Shown here: piece after piece, positions 19,351 to 27,494 of the stretch
Position numbering within the stretch: position 1 is the stretch's first letter
How the letters are laid out: each line of letters begins with the position of its first letter
Source of the DNA: Sulfurihydrogenibium sp.
Lineage (GTDB): Bacteria; Aquificota; Aquificia; Aquificales; Hydrogenothermaceae
Direction of reading: 5' to 3'
DNA length: 32,399 nt
Assembly: GCA_037442825.1 (NCBI GenBank)
Contig: JBBIPN010000007.1
Location: 1-32,399 of the forward strand
Program-made: the position numbers and the translations under genes
The notes under the pieces: generated by a model
Databases searched by the model: none
What the model saw: the letters and a program-made list of their open reading frames with translations, nothing else
What the model was told of the DNA's origin: nothing

Positions 19351-19593
19351 ATGAACTCTATGAAAGTTAAACTTATCTATCCAGAAGATAAGATAAAGGA
19401 ACCTATTTTAAGTAAAGTATGTAAAACATTTGATGTAGACTTAAACATAAGAAAAGCAAATGTCCAAGAAAAAATAGGTTGGTTAGAGTTAGAGATATTA
19501 GGAAAAGAAGAAGAAATAGAAAAAGCTATAAACTTTTTAATTCAAAATGGTATCGAAGTCCAACCAATAGAAGGGCAGGTTTTTACTGAATAA
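19351..19593 (+). CDS. Standalone NIL-domain protein
   Basis: KLIYP...EPILSK....FDVDLNIRKANV....GWLELEI.G...AINFL...GIEV fits the NIL (MetN C-terminal, ACT-like) domain pattern. Confidence 0.82.
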   Translation: MNSMKVKLIYPEDKIKEPILSKVCKTFDVDLNIRKANVQEKIGWLELEILGKEEEIEKAINFLIQNGIEVQPIEGQVFTE

Positions 19594-20508
19594 ATGGCTA
19601 AAAAAATAGCTATAGTAGATATAGGAACATACTCTATACGAATGTTAATAGTAGCCATCCATAGTGATGGCTATTTTGATGAAATCCTTTCTTTAGGTAG
19701 GATTACAGCATTAGGTAGAAAACTTAAAGATACAGGATTTTTATTAAAAGAAGCAATGGAAGAAACCTTAGCTGTTTTAAAGGAGTATGTTTTAATAGCA
19801 AAAGAATATAAAGTAGATAAAATTATAGCGGTAGCTACACAAGCTTGTAGAGAAGCAAAAAATGCCGGTGATTTTATAGAAAATGTTATAAATTTAGGTA
19901 TAGATGTAAGAATAATATCTGGAGAAGAAGAAGCAAAACTATCTTTTTTAGCAACATCAAAAGCTTTAAATATAGAAGAAAACTTTACAGTTATAGATCA
20001 AGGTGGTGGAAGTACTGAATTTTCTTATGGGAATAAAGACAATATAATATACTCAATATCTTTTCCTTTTGGTATAGTAAATCTTACAGAAAGATTTATA
20101 AAATCAGATCCACCAAAACCAGAAGAACTTCAAAATATGAAAGATTTTATAAAAAATCAAATACAAACTGCATATGAAAACATGAAAGATACAAAAAAAC
20201 TTGTAGGACTTGGTGGAACTATTACTACAGTTGTTGCCCTTGAGTACAACATATACCCTTATGATTCAAAAAAAGTCCATGGTAAAACATTAACATACGA
20301 TACTATTACAAAATGGCTTGAAAAATTAGCTTCAATGACATTAAACAAAAGAAAAGCTATTCCTATGATAGAAGATAAAAGGGCAGAAGCTATAGTTTCA
20401 GGTATAGAAATATTCCAAACAGCTATGGAAGTGTTTAATAAAGATGAAATTACTGTAAGTGAGTGGGGATTAAGACACGGTATTGTTTTTGAAAATTTGA
20501 AGAATTGA
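19594..20508 (+). CDS. Ppx/GppA family exopolyphosphatase / pppGpp phosphohydrolase (short form)
   Basis: IAIVDIGTYSIR, ATQACREA, ISGEEEA, DQGGGSTE, GLGGT, GLRHG. Confidence 0.93.
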   Translation: MAKKIAIVDIGTYSIRMLIVAIHSDGYFDEILSLGRITALGRKLKDTGFLLKEAMEETLAVLKEYVLIAKEYKVDKIIAVATQACREAKNAGDFIENVINLGIDVRIISGEEEAKLSFLATSKALNIEENFTVIDQGGGSTEFSYGNKDNIIYSISFPFGIVNLTERFIKSDPPKPEELQNMKDFIKNQIQTAYENMKDTKKLVGLGGTITTVVALEYNIYPYDSKKVHGKTLTYDTITKWLEKLASMTLNKRKAIPMIEDKRAEAIVSGIEIFQTAMEVFNKDEITVSEWGLRHGIVFENLKN

Positions 20509-20523
20509 TATATCATATTTCCT

Positions 20524-22509
20524 ATGAAAAAAACATTTAATTTAAAATCAACATTTAAACCAACTGGAGACCAACCAAAAGCTATAAAACAGCTTTATGA
20601 AAATCTAAAATCTGGTGTTAATGAACAAGTTTTGCTTGGGGCAACAGGTACAGGTAAAACCTTTACAATAGCAAATCTAATTGAAAAGTATAGTAAACCA
20701 ACCTTAATAATATCCCATAATAAAACGTTGGCAGCTCAGTTGTATAGAGAAATTAAAGAGATATTCCCTGACAATGCTGTAGAATACTTTGTTTCTTATT
20801 ATGACTATTATCAACCAGAAGCTTACATACCACAAAAAGATCTATACATAGAAAAAGACAGTGCTATAAACGATTCTATTGACAGGTTGAGACACTCTGC
20901 TACAAGAAGTTTGATAGAGAGACAAGATACTATAGTTGTTGCTTCTGTATCTTGTATATATGGTCTTGGAACACCAGAATTTTATGAGAAACTTAGACTT
21001 CAAATATATAAAGGAATGGAGATAGATAGACAGACATTTTTAAAGAAACTTGTCGAACTTCAATATCAAAGAGATGACTTTTCATTAAAAAGGGGGACAT
21101 TTAAAGTAAAAGGGGATACAATAGAGATTTTACCAGCTTATACAGAAGACATTATTATAAGGGTTGAGTTTTTTGGAGATGAGATCGATTTTATCTCTGA
21201 GATAGATATATTTAATAGAGATATAAAAAGAAAATTAGATAGAACAGTTATATTTCCAGCAAGTCATTACGTAATTCCAAGAACAGATATGATTGAAGCT
21301 ATAAAACAGATACAAAAAGATTTAGAAAAAGAAGTAGAAGAGTTTAGAAAAGCTGAGAAAGAAATAGAGGCAAACAGATTATGGCAAAGGACAAACTATG
21401 ATATAGAGATGATGTTAGAAATTGGAACATGTAAAGGAATAGAAAATTATTCACGATACTTTGATAGAAGAAAACCAGGAGAGCCGCCTTACACACTTAT
21501 TGATTACTTTCCAGAGGACTTTTTACTTATAATAGATGAATCCCATGTTACTATTCCACAGATAAAAGCTATGTATAATGGAGATTTATCAAGGAAAGAA
21601 AACTTGGTTAAATATGGATGGAGAATGAAATCAGCTTATGACAACAGGCCTTTAAAATTTGAAGAATTTATCAGTAAAATACAGAAAGCTATTTATGTAT
21701 CTGCAACACCATCCCAATGGGAGATAGAAAAGTCAAAAGGCATTGTTGTTGAACAGATAATAAGACCAACAGGATTACTTGACCCCATAATTGAAGTAAA
21801 GAAAACAGAAGGACAGATAGATGACCTTATGTCAGAGATTTGGAAAATAAAAGAGAGAAATGAAAGGGCTCTTGTTATAACACTTACAAAAAAGATGGCA
21901 GAACATTTAGCAGATTATCTACAAGAGAGAGATATAAAAGCTGTATACCTTCATTCAGAGATTGATACAATAGAGAGAGTTAAGATTATAAAAGATTTAA
22001 GGGAAGGAAAGTATGATGTTATTGTTGGAGTAAATCTTCTAAGAGAAGGTCTTGATATGCCAGAAGTTTCCTTAGTTGCAGTATTAGATGCAGATAAACA
22101 AGGATTTTTAAGGTCTAAAACAGCTCTTATACAAACAATAGGAAGATCCGCAAGAAACGTAAATGGAAAAGCAATCTTATACGCTGATAAATTAACCCCA
22201 GCTATGATCGAAACAATAGAAGAAACAAACAGAAGGAGAAAGATACAGCAAGAGTACAATGAAAAACATGGTATAACACCAAAAACAGTATCAAAGGAAA
22301 TAAAAGACCTTATCTCTTTAGAAGAACTTGGAATATTAGAGTTATATCAACAACTGCCAGATGATATAACATCAGAGGAAGATTTATTAGAGAAAATATC
22401 TAAACTTGAAAAGCAGATGTGGGAATACGCTAAAAATTGGGAGTTTGAAAAAGCTGCAGAAATAAGGGATAAGTTGGAGAAACTTAAAAAGTTAGCTACT
22501 GTTTTATAA
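20524..22509 (+). CDS. uvrB: Excinuclease ABC subunit B
   Basis: [47 protein letters not shown]-terminal UVR domain (FEKAAEIRD). Confidence 0.98.
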   Translation: MKKTFNLKSTFKPTGDQPKAIKQLYENLKSGVNEQVLLGATGTGKTFTIANLIEKYSKPTLIISHNKTLAAQLYREIKEIFPDNAVEYFVSYYDYYQPEAYIPQKDLYIEKDSAINDSIDRLRHSATRSLIERQDTIVVASVSCIYGLGTPEFYEKLRLQIYKGMEIDRQTFLKKLVELQYQRDDFSLKRGTFKVKGDTIEILPAYTEDIIIRVEFFGDEIDFISEIDIFNRDIKRKLDRTVIFPASHYVIPRTDMIEAIKQIQKDLEKEVEEFRKAEKEIEANRLWQRTNYDIEMMLEIGTCKGIENYSRYFDRRKPGEPPYTLIDYFPEDFLLIIDESHVTIPQIKAMYNGDLSRKENLVKYGWRMKSAYDNRPLKFEEFISKIQKAIYVSATPSQWEIEKSKGIVVEQIIRPTGLLDPIIEVKKTEGQIDDLMSEIWKIKERNERALVITLTKKMAEHLADYLQERDIKAVYLHSEIDTIERVKIIKDLREGKYDVIVGVNLLREGLDMPEVSLVAVLDADKQGFLRSKTALIQTIGRSARNVNGKAILYADKLTPAMIETIEETNRRRKIQQEYNEKHGITPKTVSKEIKDLISLEELGILELYQQLPDDITSEEDLLEKISKLEKQMWEYAKNWEFEKAAEIRDKLEKLKKLATVL

Positions 22510-22511
22510 AT

Positions 22512-22682
22512 TTAGATATAAATATCAATATGTCCATCACTTTCTTCTTTTTTTTCAACTTCTTCATTTTCAGATGTAGTTTCTCCTTTTTTCTTCTTTC
22601 TTCTTATAAACTCTTTTTTTATAATCTCTTTATCAGATATTGATTTAACCTCAAAAGTTCTTTCAATTTTAAAATCATCCAT
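22512..22682 (-). CDS. Small hypothetical protein (56 aa), not in the ORF track
   Basis: MDDFKIERTFEVKSISDKEIIKKEFIRRKKKKGETTSENEEVEKKEESDGHIDIYI*; AGGT upstream; purine-rich coding bias; stop lies 2 nt from the uvrB stop. Confidence 0.72.
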   Translation of the reverse strand: MDDFKIERTFEVKSISDKEIIKKEFIRRKKKKGETTSENEEVEKKEESDGHIDIYI

Positions 22683-22718
22683 AACACTTTACCTAAATTA
22701 GTTTTTGTTTTAAATTTA

Positions 22719-22727
22719 TGATAAAAT
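22719..22727 (+). promoter_or_regulatory. Putative extended -10 promoter for the DHQ synthase II operon
   Basis: TGATAAAAT about 28 nt upstream of the ATG, followed by an AAGGAG RBS. Confidence 0.45.
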
Positions 22728-22755
22728 TAAAAAAAAACAAATCAAAGGAGAAAAG

Positions 22756-23751
22756 ATGAAAGAGTTTATCCTTGACGCAAGAAATATACCTAAACATATA
22801 ATTACAACAGCTATAGAATCTGGTGTTGATTATATACTCATAGACGAAAATCAACAAAATGAGATAAAGAAATTAGGAAGAGTGAAACTTATTATTAAAG
22901 ACAAAGAGGGAAATTTAACAGAGGATTTTGTTATTGTAAAAATAGAAAATAAAGCAGATGAAGAAAAAGCTGCAAATTTAGCAAAAATGGGTAAAAAGGT
23001 TATTGTAGAAACTACAGATTGGACCATCATACCATTAGAAAACCTTATAGCACAATCACCAAATATTTATTCTATCGTAAAGAATGCTGAAGAAGCAAAA
23101 ACATCTGTTGGAATTCTGGAAAAAGGCATAAAAGGTGTTGTTTTAAAAACAGATAATATAAATGAAGTTAAAAAAGTTGCTAAAGTGTTAAAAGAAGAAA
23201 GTGAAAAATTGAATCTTGTAAAGGCTAAAGTTATAAAAATTGTTCCTATAGGAATGGGTGATAGGGTAGCTGTTGACACAACCTCTATCTTAAAACGTGG
23301 AGAAGGGATGTTAGTTGGAAACTCATCAGCAGGAATGTTACTTGTCCATGCTGAGACAGAAGAGTCTGAGTATGTTGCAGCAAGACCTTTTAGAGTAAAT
23401 GCAGGTGCAGTCCATATGTATACAAAAATACCAAATGGAAAAACTACATATCTAAGTGAACTTTCTGCTGGAAAAGAAGTTATAGTTTATGATTATCAAG
23501 GTAATGGTAGAGTTGTTTATGTTGGTAGGTCTAAGGTAGAAAGAAGACCAATGTTGTTAGTTGAAGCAGAGTATGAAGGTAAAAAACTCTCAGCAGTTTT
23601 ACAGAATGCAGAAACAATAAGATTAGTAAAACCTGATGGTAGCCCAATATCTGTTGTAGATTTAAGAGTTGGGGATGAAATTTTAGGTTATGTAGAAGAA
23701 GCAGGTAGGCATTTTGGTATGAAGGTAGAAGAAACAATATTGGAGAAGTAG
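22756..23751 (+). CDS. 3-dehydroquinate synthase II (archaeal-type AroB')
   Basis: DWTIIPLENLIA, GDRVAVDT, RPFRVNAGAVH, YLSEL, LQNAETIRL, GRHFGM, typical of the DHQS-II family. Confidence 0.92.
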   Translation: MKEFILDARNIPKHIITTAIESGVDYILIDENQQNEIKKLGRVKLIIKDKEGNLTEDFVIVKIENKADEEKAANLAKMGKKVIVETTDWTIIPLENLIAQSPNIYSIVKNAEEAKTSVGILEKGIKGVVLKTDNINEVKKVAKVLKEESEKLNLVKAKVIKIVPIGMGDRVAVDTTSILKRGEGMLVGNSSAGMLLVHAETEESEYVAARPFRVNAGAVHMYTKIPNGKTTYLSELSAGKEVIVYDYQGNGRVVYVGRSKVERRPMLLVEAEYEGKKLSAVLQNAETIRLVKPDGSPISVVDLRVGDEILGYVEEAGRHFGMKVEETILEK

Positions 23752-23753
23752 CC

Positions 23754-25301
23754 ATGAAAACATCTTACAAAGTAGGTTTATTTGTTCTTATAGTCTCAAT
23801 TGTTACAGGGTTTTTGATTATAAAGTTTAGTGGTAAAGAATTCGGACAAAGCTTTAAAAGTTATTATGTTTACTTAGATGATGCTCAAGGACTTTCAAAA
23901 GGTGCTGATATTCAAGTTAAAGGTGTAAAAGCTGGAAAAGTAGAAGATATAACTTTTGAAAATGGAAAAGTTAAAGTTTTACTTCATATTAAGGAAGAAG
24001 TTCCAGTATACACAGATGCAACTGTAACTATAAGAACATACGGACTTATGGGAGATAAGTATATATATATTGAACCAGGAAATTCCAAATCTGGTTTACT
24101 TGCAGAAAATCAGATTATACAAAGTACATCAAAAATAGCATCTACAGAAGAGATGGTTAATCAGGTCCAAATTTCTGCCCAAAAATTTACAGAGCTTATG
24201 GATAATCTAAATGAAGCAGTAGGAGAAGATAAATTAAAGAAACTTATAGAAGATTTTGATAAATTTGCATACAATGCAAATGATGTAGTAATAGAAAATA
24301 AAGAAGATATAAGACAAGCTATAGAAAACATAAGACAGATAACAGCAGAAATTAGAAAAGAACTTCCAAATATTGTTGAAAATTTAGATAAAACGTTGGA
24401 AAATACAAAAAATATTACAGCAGAAAATAGAGAAGATATTAGAAAGTTAATATCAAGCTTAAAAGATTTATCAATTTCTTTAAAAGAGAAAGCACCAAAA
24501 ACACTTGACTCTATAGATAAAGCTGCGTCGCAAGTAGAACAGGCAGTTGCTGAAAATAGACAAGATTTAAAAATCTCTATAGAAAACATAAGGAAAGCAT
24601 CTAATAACTTAAATCAGCTTCTTACTAAAATCAATGAAGGTAAAGGAACTCTCGGAAAATTAGTTAACCAAGATGACCTTTACGATAATGTAAATGAAGG
24701 TATAAAGTCTTTGGCTCAGCCTTTTAAAGTAGTAAAAGAATCAGAACTTGAAGTTATAATGCAAGGAGAAAAACATACAGGTAATGAAGATTCAAAAGCA
24801 GGGGTAGCATTTAGATTTATTCCATCAGATGATAGATACTATTATCTTGGTGTATTATCCAATTCTCAAGGTTATGTTGATAAAAAAGAAGAAGTTACAA
24901 ATACTGGTATAACTACAACCTATGTAACGAAAAAGTATGGTATTTTGTTTGACCTACAGTATGCAAGAAAAATACTAAACTTAGGATCTAATCAACTTTG
25001 GTTAAGATTTGGTATAAAAGATTCTTCTGCTGCAATGGGAGCAGATTTAGTAATATCTTCAAACTTAAAGTTAACATCAGATTTATATAGATTTAACAGA
25101 AAAGATTTAATAAATGAACCAAACAATCCACAGTTTGATATTGGATTTGAGTATAAGTTTAGTGGTTATCCTATCTTTGTTAAAGCTGGTACATCAGATA
25201 TACTCAATAGTTCTGTAAGAGGATTCTATATAGGTGGTGGATTTGTATTTACAGATAACTATCTTAAATATTTAATTGGAAGTTTGCCTAAAGTAAAATA
25301 A
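23754..25301 (+). CDS. mlaD: Long MlaD/MCE-family protein
   Basis: N-terminal TM helix (KVGLFVL), MCE domain (DAQGLSKGADIQVKGVKAGKV, GLMGDKYIYIEPG), helical region ending GKGTLGKLV, and a beta-rich C-terminal domain. Confidence 0.88.
   Translation: MKTSYKVGLFVLIVSIVTGFLIIKFSGKEFGQSFKSYYVYLDDAQGLSKGADIQVKGVKAGKVEDITFENGKVKVLLHIKEEVPVYTDATVTIRTYGLMGDKYIYIEPGNSKSGLLAENQIIQSTSKIASTEEMVNQVQISAQKFTELMDNLNEAVGEDKLKKLIEDFDKFAYNANDVVIENKEDIRQAIENIRQITAEIRKELPNIVENLDKTLENTKNITAENREDIRKLISSLKDLSISLKEKAPKTLDSIDKAASQVEQAVAENRQDLKISIENIRKASNNLNQLLTKINEGKGTLGKLVNQDDLYDNVNEGIKSLAQPFKVVKESELEVIMQGEKHTGNEDSKAGVAFRFIPSDDRYYYLGVLSNSQGYVDKKEEVTNTGITTTYVTKKYGILFDLQYARKILNLGSNQLWLRFGIKDSSAAMGADLVISSNLKLTSDLYRFNRKDLINEPNNPQFDIGFEYKFSGYPIFVKAGTSDILNSSVRGFYIGGGFVFTDNYLKYLIGSLPKVK
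24294..24610 (+). repeat. About 2.5 copies of a 129-bp (43-aa) coding repeat in MlaD
   Basis: ENKEDIR at 24294, ENREDIR at 24423 and ENRQDLK at 24552 are exactly 129 nt apart; Pro at position 25 of both full units. Confidence 0.8.
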
Positions 25302-25313
25302 GGAGGCCAAAGT

Positions 25314-26018
25314 ATGCGAAGAGATAAGGTTAATATAAATATTTCAGAAGAATTAAAGAAGATAGACATATTTAAAGAGTTAAAAGAAGAAGATTTAGAT
25401 AAAATAGAACGTTTCTTTGTAGCAAAACAGTATAAAAAAGAAGATTATATATTCTATGAAGGAGACAAAGAACCAGGTATTTACTTTATTATAGAAGGTC
25501 TTATAAAGCTGATAAAAGAAACAAATGAAGGTAAAACTGTTATCTTAAGATTAGCAACAAATGGAGAAAGTTTTGGATGGCTTATAATGAAAGATTCCAA
25601 ACCAACAAGTACATACACAGCTCAAGCACTTATAGATTCAAAAGTTCTATATATATCAAACCAAGATTTTTTGAAACTTCTTTTAATGTATCCAGCTTTA
25701 GCAGTTAGAATTACTTGTGATCTAACAAAGAAAATACTTGAAGCATACGATAGATTAAAAAGTTTAGCAGTAGAAAAAGTGGAAGGTAGGATAGCTACTT
25801 TACTATTGGAACTTGTAGATAAGATAGGTAAAAAAGAAGGGGATAATATTGTAATAAATGCTCCTATAACAAGACAGGATATAGCAGAGATGGCTGGAAC
25901 CACTGTAGAGACAACAATAAGAGTTATAAGTAGATGGAAAAAAGAAGGAATTTTAGATACAGAGAGGGGGAAAATAGAGATATTTGATATAGATTATTTA
26001 CAGGATATAATTAGCTAA
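25314..26018 (+). CDS. Crp/Fnr-family transcriptional regulator (no N-terminal FNR Cys cluster)
   Basis: cNMP-like domain (IFYEGD, GESFG) and HTH TRQDIAEMAGTTVETTIRVISRW. Confidence 0.92.
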   Translation: MRRDKVNINISEELKKIDIFKELKEEDLDKIERFFVAKQYKKEDYIFYEGDKEPGIYFIIEGLIKLIKETNEGKTVILRLATNGESFGWLIMKDSKPTSTYTAQALIDSKVLYISNQDFLKLLLMYPALAVRITCDLTKKILEAYDRLKSLAVEKVEGRIATLLLELVDKIGKKEGDNIVINAPITRQDIAEMAGTTVETTIRVISRWKKEGILDTERGKIEIFDIDYLQDIIS

Positions 26019-26047
26019 ATATCACCATCATCGCATTTTAAGTTTTT

Positions 26048-26078
26048 TGGTATAATAATATATTAATATTAATATATT
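26048..26078 (+). promoter_or_regulatory. Extended -10 promoter with overlapping palindromic operator
   Basis: TGGTATAAT (26048-26056) is immediately followed by the perfect 22-bp palindrome AATATATTAATATTAATATATT (26057-26078). Confidence 0.65.
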
Positions 26079-26103
26079 CTAATAATCTTATAAGAGGTAA
26101 GAT

Positions 26104-27492
26104 ATGAGAAAAAAATTATTAGTATTTTCTTTGGTTGCTTTTAGTAGTTCCTACGGAAAAGAAATAACACTAGAAGAAGCTATTAAAACAGGTGTTGAAA
26201 ATAATTATGAAGTTAAAGCTACGGAGAATTTACTAAAATCTAAAGAGTATCAATATGAAGCTGCCAAAGGAATGAGATGGCCTTCGATAAACTTCTCAGA
26301 GATGTTTATGAGAACAAATGAACCTGGATTTGCAATGTGGAATACTATGAGTCAAAAAAAGTTAGATTTTATGACTTCTTCAAAGTTTGTTGACATGACA
26401 GCATTAAGTCAGATGGGATTTCCGCCGTTACCACCGCCTTCATATCCAGAAATAAATGCTTGGAAAACTAAATTAGAGTTAACAGTTCCCATATATACTG
26501 GTGGAAAGTTATCAATAGGAATAGATATGCAAAGGAGAGATTATGAAGCTACAAAGAAAGATTTAACAAGGGCGAAAGAAAAGGCTATTTACGATATATC
26601 AAAAGCTTACTATGGAGCACTTCTTGCAAAAGAAGCTATAAACCTTGCAAACCAAGCTTACAAAGATGCAGAGAAACATTATAATACAGCAAAAAGTATG
26701 GTAAAAAATGGTTTAGCTATACCTGCCGATGAATTAAGAGCGAAAGTTTTTCTCTCAGATATGGCAGCAAAAATCAAAGAAGCAGAAAACAACTATATGA
26801 TTGCAAAAAGAGGTCTTTTACTTGCTATGGGATTAGATAAGACAGACCCTTCAGAAATAGATGTAGTAGGTCATTTAGTTTGTGAAGAAGTAAAAGAATC
26901 ATTGGAAAACTATCAAAATTATGCTATGTCTCACAGATCTGATTTAATAGCTGTAAAGGAAAAAGTGAAAATAGCAGAGAAAATGGTAGCTTTCAATAAA
27001 GCTGATATGTATCCAACAGTTGGAGCTTTTGCATCTTATGAGCTAAACGATGGAAAATGGGCCCTTGGTAATGAGGGAAAGTGGTGGATGGCTGGTGTAG
27101 CTTTAAACTGGAAGATATTTGATGGTTTGCAATCTTTTAATAGATATAAAAGTGCGAAAGAAAGTTATAACCAATACAAACAACAGGAAAAAGGATTTGA
27201 AGAATATATAAAATTTAGTGTATATAAAACTTATAGAGATTACAATACAGAAAAAGAAAAGTTAAAAACAGCTATAGATAATCTTAAGTATGCAGAAGAG
27301 ATACTAAAGATTACAGAAGTTAGATATAAAAACCAGCTTGCATCTATGATAGATTTACTTGATACGCAAACAATGTATAACAAAATAAAGTTTGATAAAT
27401 CCCAATCTGAGTATAACTGTAAGTTATCTGTTTTAGAGTTAAACTATCAAAGTGGGAAACTTATTGAAGAAAGCTTAAAGAGAGGAGAGTAA
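26104..27492 (+). CDS. TolC-family outer membrane efflux protein
   Basis: Signal peptide, ITLEEAI, WPSI, VPIYTGG, YPTV, WKIFDG, DLLDTQ; first gene of an OMF-MFP-RND operon. Confidence 0.92.
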   Translation: MRKKLLVFSLVAFSSSYGKEITLEEAIKTGVENNYEVKATENLLKSKEYQYEAAKGMRWPSINFSEMFMRTNEPGFAMWNTMSQKKLDFMTSSKFVDMTALSQMGFPPLPPPSYPEINAWKTKLELTVPIYTGGKLSIGIDMQRRDYEATKKDLTRAKEKAIYDISKAYYGALLAKEAINLANQAYKDAEKHYNTAKSMVKNGLAIPADELRAKVFLSDMAAKIKEAENNYMIAKRGLLLAMGLDKTDPSEIDVVGHLVCEEVKESLENYQNYAMSHRSDLIAVKEKVKIAEKMVAFNKADMYPTVGAFASYELNDGKWALGNEGKWWMAGVALNWKIFDGLQSFNRYKSAKESYNQYKQQEKGFEEYIKFSVYKTYRDYNTEKEKLKTAIDNLKYAEEILKITEVRYKNQLASMIDLLDTQTMYNKIKFDKSQSEYNCKLSVLELNYQSGKLIEESLKRGE

Positions 27493-27494
27493 AG

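Noticed and set aside
26019..26103. Crp/Fnr binding box upstream of the efflux operon
   Set aside because: No TTGAT-N4-ATCAA or TGTGA-N6-TCACA match found by eye.
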